From: an uncultured bacterium
GTDB lineage: Bacteria; Omnitrophota; Omnitrophia; Omnitrophales; Abzuiibacteriaceae
Direction of reading: 5' to 3'
NCBI GenBank assembly: GCA_964387845.1
Contig: CAYLXA010000002.1
Coordinates: 128,001-192,000 of the forward strand
DNA length: 64,000 nt
Positions 19,977 to 31,397 of this stretch are shown here, piece after piece (the first letter of the stretch is position 1; each line of letters begins with the position of its first letter). The notes beneath the pieces are model-generated. The model did no database searches. It saw nothing but the letters and a program-made list of their open reading frames with translations, and was not told where the DNA came from. The position numbers were made by a program, and so were the translations under genes.

Positions 19977-20557
19977 GAATCATCGGAGGAGAATTCAAAA
20001 GCCGTAAAATCAAGTTCCCAAAGTCAAAAAAAACACGTCCTGCCACCGACCGGAGCAAGGAAACGATTTTTAACATTCTCGGAGAAACAGTCCAAGACAG
20101 CCGTGTTTTGGACCTTTTTGCCGGAAGCGGAAGCTTAGGTCTCGAAGCGCTGAGCCGCGGAGCAAAAATGGTTTATTTTGTCGATTCCGGCGATTTTGCC
20201 TGCAAAGTCATTAAAAACAACCTCAAAACGTTCAAACTTTGGGACAAAAGCCGTGTTCACTGCATGCCGGTTGAGCGGGCCATTAAAATTTTGGCGAAGC
20301 GCAAGGAAATGATGAATCTCGTGTTTCTGGATCCCCCTTATAATAAAGGACTTATAAAAAAAATATTGCGCCTTCTGAACCGTTTTGATATAGTGGCTCC
20401 CTTTGGAAAAGTGGTGATTGGGAGGTCTCGTTTAGAGGATTTGCCGTTAGAATTAGGTAAATTTAAGGTGGAGCGGGATCAAGCGATCGGGCAAGCATTT
20501 TTAAGTATTTTATATTTTGATCCGAAATTATCTGTCATTCAATCTGAAGGCGCTTGA
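19973..20557 (+). CDS. rsmD: 16S rRNA (guanine966-N2)-methyltransferase RsmD
   Basis: VLDLFAGSGSLGLEALSRGA SAM-binding motif and FLDPPY motif. Confidence 0.85.
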   Translation: MRIIGGEFKSRKIKFPKSKKTRPATDRSKETIFNILGETVQDSRVLDLFAGSGSLGLEALSRGAKMVYFVDSGDFACKVIKNNLKTFKLWDKSRVHCMPVERAIKILAKRKEMMNLVFLDPPYNKGLIKKILRLLNRFDIVAPFGKVVIGRSRLEDLPLELGKFKVERDQAIGQAFLSILYFDPKLSVIQSEGA

Positions 20558-20569
20558 GCAGTTAAAAAA

Positions 20570-21058
20570 ATGCCAGCTTCAAAACGCATCGCTCTATATC
20601 CCGGCAGTTTCGATCCACTGACCTACGGCCACCTTGATCTTATTGAGCGCGCACTTGAACTTTTTGATCAAGTACATGTCGCGATTGCGAGAAATCAGGA
20701 TAAAACAGCGCTCTTTAGCACCGAGGAACGTCTGGAAATGGCCGGGAAAGTGTTGAAAGGCAAGCGAGTTGTCGTAGAAACCTTCGACGGCTTGGTGGTG
20801 GATCATGCGAAGCGGAAAAAAATCAGGACAATTATTCGCGGCCTGAGAGCAACCTCAGATTTTGATTATGAATTTCAGATGGCGCTCACGAATCGCGGTT
20901 TGGCGGCCAATATCAACACGATTTTTCTAATGCCGTCAGAGAATCATTTTTATTTATCGTCTCGATTAGTCAAAGAGATTGCACAGCTCGGCGGGAACGT
21001 CCGGAAGTTCGTACCCGCACTGGTTGAAAAAGCGTTGAAAGAAAAGCTCTCGTTTTAA
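20570..21058 (+). CDS. coaD: Phosphopantetheine adenylyltransferase
   Basis: YPGSFDPLTYGHLDL nucleotidyltransferase motif, 162 aa. Conserved rsmD-coaD pair. Confidence 0.9.
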   Translation: MPASKRIALYPGSFDPLTYGHLDLIERALELFDQVHVAIARNQDKTALFSTEERLEMAGKVLKGKRVVVETFDGLVVDHAKRKKIRTIIRGLRATSDFDYEFQMALTNRGLAANINTIFLMPSENHFYLSSRLVKEIAQLGGNVRKFVPALVEKALKEKLSF

Positions 21059-21089
21059 TTTTGATTTATTTTTTGAATTAGGATTTGAT

Positions 21090-21566
21090 ATGATCATCCT
21101 CGTCGCTTCTTTGAAAGAAGGAAAGCCGGAACCGGTTGTCGAAGAGCTTGATGCGAAAGAAATCGACGTTGAATTCAGTGATTTACAGTATCTGGGTAAA
21201 ATAAAGGTCGATGGCACGGTTGAGAAAAGCATGAGCATGGTTACTTTTAAAGCCACGCTCAATCGCAATGTCAGACACTCTTGCGCCCGGTGCTTGTCGG
21301 AAGTAGACGAAAGTCTTTCTGGGCCGGTTGAATTTAATTACGATGCTTCGAACATCGAAGAGATTGACACGCTGCCGGATATCCGGGACGAACTGATTTT
21401 GTCGCATCCGGACCGGTTTTTGTGCAAAGAAGATTGCAAAGGGCTGTGCCCGAATTGCGGAACCAATTTGAACACTTCAAAGTGTAAGTGTTCTGTAAAT
21501 CCGTCGCAGAATGCTTTTTCAAAGTTGTCAAAATTAAAAAAAGAAAAAAATAAAAGTAACGAGTAG
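21090..21566 (+). CDS. yceD: YceD/DUF177 family protein (23S rRNA accumulation protein)
   Basis: C-terminal CxxC...CxxC motifs and a conserved position immediately upstream of rpmF. Confidence 0.75.
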   Translation: MIILVASLKEGKPEPVVEELDAKEIDVEFSDLQYLGKIKVDGTVEKSMSMVTFKATLNRNVRHSCARCLSEVDESLSGPVEFNYDASNIEEIDTLPDIRDELILSHPDRFLCKEDCKGLCPNCGTNLNTSKCKCSVNPSQNAFSKLSKLKKEKNKSNE

Positions 21567-21583
21567 AATCACAAGGAGTTGTC

Positions 21584-21790
21584 ATGGGTCTTCCTAAAAG
21601 GCGCCACTCAAACGAAAGAACGCGCACGCGCCGCGCGCATGATTTTCTGACGGCGACTGCACTGGCGAAGTGTGCCAATTGCGGAGCGCCGAAACTATCG
21701 CACAGAATTTGCCCGTCCTGCGGCTACTACCGGGGCAAGCAAGTCATCACCATTAAAGTTAAATCCAAGAAAGAAGACAAGGCATCATGA
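21584..21790 (+). CDS. rpmF: 50S ribosomal protein L32
   Basis: MGLPKRRHSNERTRTRRAH N-terminus and a zinc ribbon CANCG...CPSCG. Confidence 0.9.
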   Translation: MGLPKRRHSNERTRTRRAHDFLTATALAKCANCGAPKLSHRICPSCGYYRGKQVITIKVKSKKEDKAS

Positions 21791-22860
21791 TCCGAATCGC
21801 GGTCGACGGGATGGGCGGTGATTTTGCCCCTCAAACCGTAGTAGACGGCGCTGTGGACGCTGCGATCAGCTTTCCCGAAATCGATGAAATCGTCATCGTG
21901 GGAAAAGAAGACGCGATTAAGCGCGAACTTAACCGGCACAAAATTCCGGGCGGTCGAATCTCAATTCACCATGCTTCAGAGGTGGTGGAAATGGGGGAAT
22001 CACCGGTTCAAGCAATTCGTAGGAAAAAAGATTCTTCGCTGGCGGTCTGCATTAATTTACTCAAAAATAAAAAAGTCGATGCCGTCATTACAGCGGGAAA
22101 CACAGGCGCTGCGGTAGCTGCCTCAACTTTGAATCTGGGCTTACTCGCAGGTGTTAAACGGCCCGGTATCGCCATCACATATCCGACCACCCATGGCGTT
22201 TCGCTCGTAATCGACGTCGGCGCCAATATTGACCCCCACCCGGAGCACTTACTGCAGTATGCGGTCATGGCTGAAGTTTTTTCGCGTTATCTTTTAAAGA
22301 AAAAGCGTCCGACCGTCGGACTCCTCAATATCGGCGAAGAAGAATCAAAGGGAACGGAAGTGCTGCAGGAAGCTTACAAACTCATCCGGGATTCCGGCCT
22401 TAATTTTGTCGGCAATATCGAGGGCAGGGATTTCTTTACCGGCAAAGGCGACTGTATCGTGACCGACGGCTTCGTGGGAAATGTTGTCTTGAAGATGGTG
22501 GAGAGCGTGATCGAAATTTTTGTCAGCCTCATTCGAACGGAAATCAAAAAGGATGTTTTGGCGCAGATCGGTGCGCTTTTCATGAAGAATACGTTTGACT
22601 CCATCCGCAAGCAAACCAATTACGAAGAAGCGGGCGGTGCACCGCTCTTAGGGGTCGACGGAGTTGTGATGATCGGCCACGGCATTTCATCCGCGCGCGC
22701 GATCCGGAATGCAATTCGCGCCGGTTATAAAATGGTCGATTGCCAAATCAACGAGCATATCGTCGAAGAAATTAAAAAGAAAAGTTTGAAAAACGGTTCC
22801 GCTGCTAACGGCGACGAGCATAGCCGATTTAACATTGACTCGATGGACATCCCCGCATGA
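21787..22860 (+). CDS. plsX: Phosphate acyltransferase PlsX
   Basis: IAVDGMGGD N-terminus and PlsX core. rpmF-plsX-fabH synteny. Confidence 0.9.
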   Translation: MIRIAVDGMGGDFAPQTVVDGAVDAAISFPEIDEIVIVGKEDAIKRELNRHKIPGGRISIHHASEVVEMGESPVQAIRRKKDSSLAVCINLLKNKKVDAVITAGNTGAAVAASTLNLGLLAGVKRPGIAITYPTTHGVSLVIDVGANIDPHPEHLLQYAVMAEVFSRYLLKKKRPTVGLLNIGEEESKGTEVLQEAYKLIRDSGLNFVGNIEGRDFFTGKGDCIVTDGFVGNVVLKMVESVIEIFVSLIRTEIKKDVLAQIGALFMKNTFDSIRKQTNYEEAGGAPLLGVDGVVMIGHGISSARAIRNAIRAGYKMVDCQINEHIVEEIKKKSLKNGSAANGDEHSRFNIDSMDIPA

Positions 22861-23843
22861 GCCAAGACCCTGTTTGCATTCTCGGGGTCGGCGCAAGCCT
22901 TCCTCCGAAAATCCTTACCAATGCCGATCTCGAAAAAATAGTCGATACGACTGATGAGTGGATCCAGACCCGCACCGGCATCAAAGAACGCCGGATCGTT
23001 GAAAAAGGGGTCGGCGCCAGCGACCTCGGTTCGGAGGCAGCTCAAATCGCGCTCAAGCAAGCCGGAATTTCTGCGACTGATTTGGATTTAATTATTGTCG
23101 GCACTGTCACAGCCGACATGATTTTTCCCTCCGCTGCATGTCTCATCCAGAAAAAGATCGGCGCCAAATGCCCGGCTTTTGACGTATCGGCCGCCTGTTC
23201 GGGTTTTGCTTACGCACTTGGAACCGGCGAAGCTTTCATCAAAGCCGGAGTGCATCGGTATGTCCTGATCGTTGGCGCCGAAATTACATCATCATTCGTA
23301 AACTGGAAAGACCGATCGACCTGCGTTTTGTTTGGGGACGGCGCGGGCGCTGCTGTTCTCGGCCGTAAAAGCGACGATGGCCACGAGGTTCTTGCAAATT
23401 TGCTTGGAGCCGATGGCAATGAGGCAGACATTCTCAAAATCCCTGCCGGCGGATCGATATGCCCGATCAATGAACAAGTTATGAAAGATGGGTTGCAGTA
23501 TCTTAAAATGGACGGCGCAGAGGTTTTTAAAATTGCTATCAAAACGATGGGTGATGCAATTCAGCAAGTCTGCAAAAAAGCCGGGTTGACGTTAAACGAT
23601 ATTGATTGCCTGATTCCACACCAAGCCAATATGCGGATTTTGAATGCAGTTGCCGATCGCGTTAAAATCCCTGCAGAGAAAGTATTTATCAATGTAGACC
23701 GTTACGGTAATATGTCGGCCGCATCAACCATTGTCGCGCTTTACGAAGCAGCCGAGCAAAAGGTCATTAAGAAAGGGTCTATCGTGGTTTTGGTCGCTTT
23801 CGGCGGCGGTCTAACCTGGGGCGCTAGTGTGATTCGGTGGTAA
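22857..23843 (+). CDS. fabH: 3-oxoacyl-ACP synthase III
   Basis: Active-site Cys context AACSGFAYAL; His/Asn region HQANMRI... GNMSAAS. Confidence 0.9.
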   Translation: MSQDPVCILGVGASLPPKILTNADLEKIVDTTDEWIQTRTGIKERRIVEKGVGASDLGSEAAQIALKQAGISATDLDLIIVGTVTADMIFPSAACLIQKKIGAKCPAFDVSAACSGFAYALGTGEAFIKAGVHRYVLIVGAEITSSFVNWKDRSTCVLFGDGAGAAVLGRKSDDGHEVLANLLGADGNEADILKIPAGGSICPINEQVMKDGLQYLKMDGAEVFKIAIKTMGDAIQQVCKKAGLTLNDIDCLIPHQANMRILNAVADRVKIPAEKVFINVDRYGNMSAASTIVALYEAAEQKVIKKGSIVVLVAFGGGLTWGASVIRW

Positions 23844-23847
23844 TACT

Positions 23848-24780
23848 ATGAAATCTTACGCGTTTTTATTTCCCGGGCAAGGCGCTCAATATGCGGGAAT
23901 GGGGAAAAATGTCTACGAATCGTTTTCAGAGGCGAAACAAACTTTTGATCAAGCCGATCAAATTCTCGGTTTCCCGCTTTCGAAATTGTGTTTTGAGGGC
24001 CCGGAAGACGAGCTGACTAAAACAGTCAACGCGCAAATCGCAATTTTCGTAACCAGCATCGCAACACTTCGCGCTCTTCAAGCGCGTCGGCCGGATTTAA
24101 AGCCTGCTGCGACTTGCGGCCTGAGTCTCGGTGAATTTAGCGCGCTCGTTGCGTGCGAATCGCTTTCATTTGAAGATGGTGTAAAACTCGTCAAGCGGCG
24201 CGGCGAACTAATGCAGGAAGCGGGCAAAAAAAATCCGGGCTCTATGGTGTCCGTGATTGGCTTACCGCAAGCAGATTGCCAGACAGTTTGCGAGGAAGCG
24301 GGTGTCCAGATCGCCAACATCAATTCCTCGGAGCAGATTGTTCTGTCGGGTACCGTGCAGGGCATCGAAAAAGCAGCTGCTTTAGCAACACAAAAGGGAG
24401 CTAAGAAAGCCATTATATTGAAGGTGAGCGGCGCGTTCCATTCTCGCCTCATGCAAGACGCCATGAACGGGCTTGTAGAATACCTAAAAAACATTCAACT
24501 TAAAGACCCAAAGGCCGTATTTATTCCCAATGTAACCGGGTCTCCGGCAGGCACAGCCGATGAAATTCGCAAGCTCCTCGGAGAGCAAGTTACTCAATCG
24601 GTTCTCTGGACAAAGACGATCAGCTATTTGAAAACAAAAAATTTTTTAGATGCATTTGAAATCGGCCCCGGTAAGGTTTTAAAAGGTCTTGCGCGGCGCA
24701 TCGAGCCAACGATCCAAGTGGTCAATCTTGAGTCCAAAGATGATATCGAGCAGACGGTTAAAATTTTGGAAACGGTTTAA
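23848..24780 (+). CDS. fabD: Malonyl-CoA:ACP transacylase
   Basis: FPGQGAQYAGMG motif, GLSLGEFSAL active-site Ser motif, HS motif region. Confidence 0.9.
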   Translation: MKSYAFLFPGQGAQYAGMGKNVYESFSEAKQTFDQADQILGFPLSKLCFEGPEDELTKTVNAQIAIFVTSIATLRALQARRPDLKPAATCGLSLGEFSALVACESLSFEDGVKLVKRRGELMQEAGKKNPGSMVSVIGLPQADCQTVCEEAGVQIANINSSEQIVLSGTVQGIEKAAALATQKGAKKAIILKVSGAFHSRLMQDAMNGLVEYLKNIQLKDPKAVFIPNVTGSPAGTADEIRKLLGEQVTQSVLWTKTISYLKTKNFLDAFEIGPGKVLKGLARRIEPTIQVVNLESKDDIEQTVKILETV

Positions 24781-25523
24781 TGAAACTCGCGGGTAAAGTC
24801 GCTATCATTACGGGGGCGGGGCAAGGAATCGGACGTGCGATTGCCGTTCAATTCGCAAAAAATGGAGCATCTACCGTTTTGGTTGGCCGGAGACCGGAGC
24901 CGCTTCAGCAGGTAGCGGATGAAATTTCAAAGAATTTCAACCAAAAATCAATTTGTTTGACATGCGATGTGTCTGATGTTAAACAAGTTGACGAAGTTAT
25001 CAAGAAAACGCTTGACACCCTAGGTCGCATCGATATACTTGTCAACAACGCGGGGGTCACGCGCGATCAATTGCTTGCGCTGATGACCGAAAGCGATTGG
25101 GACTCTGTTCTTTCGACAAACTTGAAAGGCTGTTTCTTATTCACGAAAGCGGTGTCGCGTCAAATGATCCGCCAGAGATGGGGCAGGGTTATTAACATGT
25201 CATCCGTGATCGGCGTAATGGGAAATGCCGGACAAGCCAACTATGCAGCATCGAAGGGCGGCATTATCGCCTTCACGAAAAGTGTCGCAAGGGAACTAGC
25301 CAAGCGAAGTATCACCGTGAATGCAATTGCGCCTGGGTTTATTGATACAGCAATGACTGCAGAGTTAAAAGAAGAAGCAAAAAAAGAACTCTTAAATCAA
25401 ATTCCTTTGGGAAGATTTGGAGTCCCTGATGATGTGGCCCATTCAGCTGTTTTTTTAGCGTCAGATGAAGCGGGTTATATCACCGGTCAGGTACTGCAAG
25501 TTTGTGGTGGAATGTTGACTTAA
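24780..25523 (+). CDS. fabG: 3-oxoacyl-ACP reductase
   Basis: SDR motifs: TGAGQGIGRAIA, NNAG, YAASKGG. Confidence 0.9.
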   Translation: MKLAGKVAIITGAGQGIGRAIAVQFAKNGASTVLVGRRPEPLQQVADEISKNFNQKSICLTCDVSDVKQVDEVIKKTLDTLGRIDILVNNAGVTRDQLLALMTESDWDSVLSTNLKGCFLFTKAVSRQMIRQRWGRVINMSSVIGVMGNAGQANYAASKGGIIAFTKSVARELAKRSITVNAIAPGFIDTAMTAELKEEAKKELLNQIPLGRFGVPDDVAHSAVFLASDEAGYITGQVLQVCGGMLT

Positions 25524-25547
25524 CGCTACTAACGAGGGAGAGACTAA

Positions 25548-25787
<240 letters not shown>

Positions 25788-25837
25788 GTGAGCGCATTCG
25801 CACTTCAAGTTGTCCAATTAATTAGTCTTCCTCTCAT

Positions 25838-27088
25838 ATGAAATCACGTGTCGTTGTCACCGGCGTTGGAGCCTTAACGCCGGTCGGCAACACAACTCAA
25901 CTCACATGGCAAAACATCGTCCAGGGCAAAAGCGGTACCGGACGGCTTACGCAGATTCCCCAAGAAATCGCGTCACACTTTAACTCCCAGGTTGCCGCCG
26001 AAATCAACAGCTTCGATCCGGCGCTTTACGTCACGCCGAAGCAAATCAAAAAAACCGACCGTTTTGTGCAATTTGCGCTCGCCGGTGCCAAAATGGCCAT
26101 CGAAAACGCCAAGCTTGATTTTTCGAAAGAAGATCCGTCTCAAGTCGGAGTTTTAGTCGGTTCGGGAATTGGCGGGCTTCGAACAATCGAAGAGCAATAC
26201 CAAACCATGCTGGAACGCGGGCCCGAAAAAATTTCGCCGTTTTTGATTCCCATGTTAATCGTTAATATGGCTCCGGGCCAAATTTCGATTCAGTATGGGC
26301 TAAAAGGGCCTAATAACTGCGTTGCAACCGCCTGCGCAACGGGCGCACATGCCATCGGCGATGCGTTCAAAATCATTCAGCGCGGTGAGGCAACCATTAT
26401 GCTTACGGGCGGCACCGAATCCTGCATTACGCCGCTTGGTTTCGGCGGATTTGATTCTATGAAAGCTTTGAGCACACACAATGAAGCGCCGGAAACGGCG
26501 TCGCGCCCCTTTGACAAAACCCGGAATGGTTTTGTGATGGGTGAAGGCTGCGGCGTTTTGGTTCTTGAAGAGCTGGAGCATGCGTTAAAGCGCAACGCTA
26601 CTATATATGCTGAAATTGTGGGTTATGGCATGACGTCTGATGCATCCCATATGACAGCCCCCGATCCGACGGGCGACGGAGCTTCCCGGTGCATGATCCG
26701 CGCCATGACCGATGCGGGTTTGAAGCCGGATGACATTGATTACATCAATGCGCACGGCACTTCCACAAGTTTAAATGACAAGGTCGAAACTTTGGCAATT
26801 AAGAACGCGCTTGGCCACGAGAGGGCTAAAAAAGTCATGGTCAGCTCCACCAAATCAATGACCGGGCATTTGCTAGGTGCGGCGGGCGGGGTAGAAGCCG
26901 TGTTTTGCGTTTTGGCTATCAAAGAAGGGATTGTGCCGCCCACCATTAACTATAAAAATCCGGACCCGGATTGCGACTTGGATTATGTGCCCAATGAAGC
27001 CAGAAAGTTTCAAATCCGTGCTGCGTTGTCGAATTCTCTCGGATTTGGCGGCCACAATGCCTCGCTTTGTTTCAAGAAGTACGCGTAA
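25838..27088 (+). CDS. fabF: 3-oxoacyl-ACP synthase II
   Basis: KAS II features: active-site Cys ([10 protein letters not shown]), HGTSTSLND and GHLLGAAG motifs. Confidence 0.9.
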   Translation: MKSRVVVTGVGALTPVGNTTQLTWQNIVQGKSGTGRLTQIPQEIASHFNSQVAAEINSFDPALYVTPKQIKKTDRFVQFALAGAKMAIENAKLDFSKEDPSQVGVLVGSGIGGLRTIEEQYQTMLERGPEKISPFLIPMLIVNMAPGQISIQYGLKGPNNCVATACATGAHAIGDAFKIIQRGEATIMLTGGTESCITPLGFGGFDSMKALSTHNEAPETASRPFDKTRNGFVMGEGCGVLVLEELEHALKRNATIYAEIVGYGMTSDASHMTAPDPTGDGASRCMIRAMTDAGLKPDDIDYINAHGTSTSLNDKVETLAIKNALGHERAKKVMVSSTKSMTGHLLGAAGGVEAVFCVLAIKEGIVPPTINYKNPDPDCDLDYVPNEARKFQIRAALSNSLGFGGHNASLCFKKYA

Positions 27089-27198
27089 AACCATCGCCTC
27101 ATAAACCACACCTTACATTTATCTGATATTTCTGCTAAACTTCTCCTTCTGACGGACGATAAATAAGTAATCAAATAACGTTGATTGGCATTTAGATT

Positions 27199-30100
27199 AT
27201 GCACCTTAAAAAATTAGAACTTTCTGGATTTAAATCCTTCTGCGATCCCACCGAAGTCGTTTTCGAAAAAGGTGTCACTTGCGTTGTCGGCCCAAACGGC
27301 TGCGGTAAGAGCAATATCTCAGACTCCATTCGCTGGGTTCTCGGCGAGCGTAGCGCTAAACTGCTCCGTGGTTCTAAAATGGAAGACGTGATTTTCCAGG
27401 GAACCGATTCGCGAAAGCCCGTCAATTTCGCCGAAGTATCACTCACGATCGATAACTCCGACCATTCGCTTCCGATCCAATATGAAGAAGTCGTCATTAC
27501 GCGCCGCTTGCACCGCTCCGGCGAAAGCGAATATTTGATTAATAAAACCGCATGCCGCTTGAAGGACGTTCAGAATTTGATTCTCGACACCGGGCTCGGC
27601 TCCAACACTTATTCAATGATCGAGCAGGGCCGCATTGATTACATTTTAAATGCCGAAGCCGAAGAGCGCCGCTTTTTGATTGAAGAAGCGGCGGGGATTT
27701 CGAAATTCAAAGTCAAAAAGGAAGAGGCGCTTCGAAAGCTAGACCACACCGAACAAAATTTGCTCCGCTTAAACGATATCATTGCCGAGGTTGAGCGGAA
27801 TATTAAATACGCCGAACGTCAGGCGCGGCGCGCTGAGAAATACAAAGAACATTTTGAAAAATTAAAAACACTCGAACTCACACGCCTTGCTCATACGGTT
27901 TCAAGGTTCAAAGAGCAGCTCGGTGCTTATTCCGGTGACCACGCATCGCTTCAAAAACTTACCGCCGAAGCCACGCAACAACTAAACGCATTGACCGAAA
28001 CGCTCCGTTCGGTTGAATCGGATTACAACACAGCTGAAAGCGCCTATCTAGAAGCAGAGCAAAACCGAATCAACGCCGAACATCAATTGACGTCAACATC
28101 GCGTGAAAGAGAAACGGTTCAGGAGCGCTATCATGAAACCAGAGCGCAAATCACTAAAACCGAGCAGGAAATCCAGAGCTTGATTGAAACCCTGGGTCAA
28201 CTCACGCAAGATTTAAAAGTAAAAGAATCCGAAATTGCCGTTTTTGAAGACAAAAAGCAGGCGCTTGAGCATGAAAAATCTGCTTTCGATACCCGATTGT
28301 CTCAACTTCTCGCCGAACTCAATCAGCGCAATGCGCAGTCTGTTGAATATCGTAACCAAAATTTTGAAATCGCAAGCCATATCGCGCAGGCTAAAAGCGA
28401 GCTCGGAAAATTGACGCTTGCGAGCGCAAACCGTTCCGATCAAAAGAATAAAATTTATGAATCAGCAGGCAAAACCACGGAAGAAATTAAATCTCTTCAA
28501 GCAACCCTTAGCAGCGCTGAACGCGCTTTGATTGACCTGAAGTCTGACGCCGGAACTAAAGAGAAAGTTGCGGAGGATTTGTTCCATCAAAAAGAAAATC
28601 TGGTTACTGTGCTTTCGCAAACCAGCGAAGAGCTGGTTATGACCAAAGAAAAGCTTTCTCAGACCGTTCACCGGCTCGAGCTCTTGAATGAACTAGACGG
28701 TGCAGGCTATGCCTGTGTCAAAGAAATGCTGGAAAAACGCAGCGACCTGGGCGAGCTGGAGCCGGGCAGTGTTAATGCATTCTTGGATTTGCTAGAAATT
28801 GAGGAAGGCTACGAAGTCGCTGCCGCTGCAGTGTTGGCCGATGTTTCGAAAGCCGTTGTCGCAGACAACGCCAAAACGGCGATTCAGCTTTTAAAACACA
28901 TTCAAACAAAAGGCCATCACCAGGCAACCATCCTCATCAAAGAGTTCTCTCAAAATCAATCCGCACCCAATCAGTCGACTGAGATCAAACACGAACTGAT
29001 TCAGACACGGCTCCTGGACAAAATCAAAATTAAAGAAGGTTACGAGGCAATGTTTCAAAGCCTTTTGGGCGATGTTTATGTGGTGGAGGAAATCACGCAT
29101 GAAAATTCCGCCCAACTTGCACCTTTGACCGAACAAAACCGGATTGTGTCGAAACGTGGTACCTATCTTAGCAACGGTTTTCATTTAGGGCTTCGCAACG
29201 GTTCCATCAAGCCGATTCAAGATTATTTAAATCGTGAACGTGAAAAGGGAGAGCTGATTCAGCTAGCCGATGAATTAAGCGCCGGATTAATCAAACTTAA
29301 TGAAACAAAAATTAAAGTTGAATCTGATTTAAAAGAGCTGGAAAGCAAAACAAAATCACACAATGCAGAGTTGATGGAAGCGCAAGTAGAGCTGCAGCGC
29401 CAAGAGTTGGCAATGCAATCCCTTCAGCAGCAATTGACTCGGTGCAACCAGGAAGTCGAGCTTGGCCAAACCGATTTACACGAACTAACACAGGAAGAAA
29501 AAAGTCAGTTGGAGTTGCGTGCCCAGCTAGAACAAACCGTTTCCGAACTAGAAGCAAAAGAACAAGAGGTTCTTGCTCATTTACAAACCAATGAGTCTTG
29601 GCAAGAGCAAAAGAAAACTGAAAAAGAAAATCTCATTATTGAAATTACGCGCTTCAAGACTTTGATTGAAGGCCAGACTGCAAGCGAAGCGCAGCTTGTC
29701 AAAACCGCGGAATTCCTAAAAACCAGCCAAGCAGACGGTGAAAGACGCCTTGAAAACCTCCGCCAAGAACTTCAAAGCCTTCAAACACGGACGGAATCGC
29801 TAAACACAAAATCACAAACCCTTGCATCGCAGGCCGAGCAGCTTCAAGCTGACTTAATTTCTTATTCAACGAAATCCGCACAGAAAAAGGAAGTTAGAGA
29901 CACTTTGTCGGTTAAAAAGTCGGAAGTCGCACAGCAAAATTTTGACCTTCAGCAGCAGCTCTCAGAAATCAAGACCAAAGTATACGATTCCGAGAAAAAA
30001 ACGATGGAACTCGAATATCAAAAAAATGCGGCAATTGAAAAAGTAAGAAATGTCTATCAGCTCACGATTTCAGAAGAAGATCTGGCGCGATATTCTCAGG

Positions 30101-30822
30101 ACGGGCTGAATTTAGAGCCGCTCGAAGCTGAACTTGCGGAGCTCAAATCAAAGGTAGAGTCAATCGGCACCGTTAACTTGCTGGCCATCGAAGAATATGA
30201 AGAAATGAAACAGCGTTTTGAATTTATGTCCGGCCAACGAAAGGACTTGGAGGACTCAAAGGAGCAATTAATCGAAGCCATTCGTAAAATCAACCGTGAA
30301 ACCAAAAAGCTTTTCGATGAGACGTTCGTCAAGGTCAGGGAAATGTTCCAGGCTTATTTCAAAATCTTATTTGAGGGCGGCCATGCTGATCTTGTGTTAG
30401 TCGATGAAACTAATCCTTTAGATTCCGGAATTGATATCATTGCACGCCCTCCGGGCAAAAAACCGCAGCACATTTCGCTATTATCAGGCGGCGAAAAGGC
30501 ATTAACGGCCATGGCTCTTTTATTCGCACTCTTCAAAGTCAAGCCGTCGCCTTTCTGCGTTCTGGACGAAGTCGACGCACCGCTTGATGAAGCCAACAAT
30601 GAGCGCTTTGTCCGCGTCGTGAAAGAATTTATCAACAACACGCAGTTTGTGATTGTGACCCACAGCCGCAAGACCATCGCGATGGGTAACACGCTTTACG
30701 GTGTGACCATGGAAGAGCCTGGCGTTTCTAAAATTGTCTCGGTCAAGGTCGGACACGACGGCAGCAGTCTCGAGCACGAAAACTCCAAGATTCAGAAAGA
30801 ACTCAATACGATTCTGCAATAA
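27199..30822 (+). CDS. smc: Chromosome segregation protein SMC
   Basis: N-terminal Walker A (GPNGCGKSN), long coiled coils, central hinge, C-terminal signature motif LSGGEKAL and Walker B/D-loop (FCVLDEVDAPLD). Confidence 0.9.
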   Translation: MHLKKLELSGFKSFCDPTEVVFEKGVTCVVGPNGCGKSNISDSIRWVLGERSAKLLRGSKMEDVIFQGTDSRKPVNFAEVSLTIDNSDHSLPIQYEEVVITRRLHRSGESEYLINKTACRLKDVQNLILDTGLGSNTYSMIEQGRIDYILNAEAEERRFLIEEAAGISKFKVKKEEALRKLDHTEQNLLRLNDIIAEVERNIKYAERQARRAEKYKEHFEKLKTLELTRLAHTVSRFKEQLGAYSGDHASLQKLTAEATQQLNALTETLRSVESDYNTAESAYLEAEQNRINAEHQLTSTSRERETVQERYHETRAQITKTEQEIQSLIETLGQLTQDLKVKESEIAVFEDKKQALEHEKSAFDTRLSQLLAELNQRNAQSVEYRNQNFEIASHIAQAKSELGKLTLASANRSDQKNKIYESAGKTTEEIKSLQATLSSAERALIDLKSDAGTKEKVAEDLFHQKENLVTVLSQTSEELVMTKEKLSQTVHRLELLNELDGAGYACVKEMLEKRSDLGELEPGSVNAFLDLLEIEEGYEVAAAAVLADVSKAVVADNAKTAIQLLKHIQTKGHHQATILIKEFSQNQSAPNQSTEIKHELIQTRLLDKIKIKEGYEAMFQSLLGDVYVVEEITHENSAQLAPLTEQNRIVSKRGTYLSNGFHLGLRNGSIKPIQDYLNREREKGELIQLADELSAGLIKLNETKIKVESDLKELESKTKSHNAELMEAQVELQRQELAMQSLQQQLTRCNQEVELGQTDLHELTQEEKSQLELRAQLEQTVSELEAKEQEVLAHLQTNESWQEQKKTEKENLIIEITRFKTLIEGQTASEAQLVKTAEFLKTSQADGERRLENLRQELQSLQTRTESLNTKSQTLASQAEQLQADLISYSTKSAQKKEVRDTLSVKKSEVAQQNFDLQQQLSEIKTKVYDSEKKTMELEYQKNAAIEKVRNVYQLTISEEDLARYSQDGLNLEPLEAELAELKSKVESIGTVNLLAIEEYEEMKQRFEFMSGQRKDLEDSKEQLIEAIRKINRETKKLFDETFVKVREMFQAYFKILFEGGHADLVLVDETNPLDSGIDIIARPPGKKPQHISLLSGGEKALTAMALLFALFKVKPSPFCVLDEVDAPLDEANNERFVRVVKEFINNTQFVIVTHSRKTIAMGNTLYGVTMEEPGVSKIVSVKVGHDGSSLEHENSKIQKELNTILQ

Positions 30823-30827
30823 CACCT

Positions 30828-31397
30828 ATGGATTACGTTTCAATCCGTAATCTGCCTAATTATTTAACCATTTTGAGAATTTTGCTCGTTCCGGCTTTTT
30901 ATACCATGCTGGTTTACTATCGTCCGGAAAATGATCAATATCGCTGGTACGCGCTAAGTCTTTTTATCTTTGCAAGCCTCACAGACGCCGCGGATGGTTT
31001 TATCGCACGCCGCTGGAAATGCAAAACCGAATTCGGGACCTTTTTAGACCCGTTGGCTGACAAACTGCTTCTGGTCTCGGCCTTTATTGGAATCAGTGTT
31101 TCTGCGCTTCCTGTCAAGCCGCCGCTTTGGGTTTTGTCTATCGTTATATTCCGGGAAATCATCATCCTGATCGGCTTGGCAGCGATTTTCGCCGCCACAC
31201 AATCACTTAAAATTCAACCGAACATGCTCGGAAAGGCCACAACTTTTTTTCAAATGCTGGCCATTATCGTATTGCTTGCCCAATACAAAATCGCCCTTTT
31301 TTTCTGGTTTCTCACCGCGAGCTTGACCGTCGCTTCGGGAATCGTCTATATTGTGCGCGAAATGAGGCGACTCAATGGTATCTCAATCTCCAAGTGA
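30828..31397 (+). CDS. pgsA: CDP-diacylglycerol--glycerol-3-phosphate 3-phosphatidyltransferase (CDP-alcohol phosphatidyltransferase family)
   Basis: CDP-OH P-transferase motif DAADGFIARRW...FGTFLDPLADKLL and multiple TM helices. Confidence 0.8.
   Translation: MDYVSIRNLPNYLTILRILLVPAFYTMLVYYRPENDQYRWYALSLFIFASLTDAADGFIARRWKCKTEFGTFLDPLADKLLLVSAFIGISVSALPVKPPLWVLSIVIFREIIILIGLAAIFAATQSLKIQPNMLGKATTFFQMLAIIVLLAQYKIALFFWFLTASLTVASGIVYIVREMRRLNGISISK

Noticed and set aside
25788-25837. Imperfect palindrome aagtgagcgcattcgcactt after acpP as a terminator
   Set aside because: The stem is interrupted and there is no U-tract. It is more likely an RNA processing or stability element, as is common between acpP and fabF, and I did not call it.
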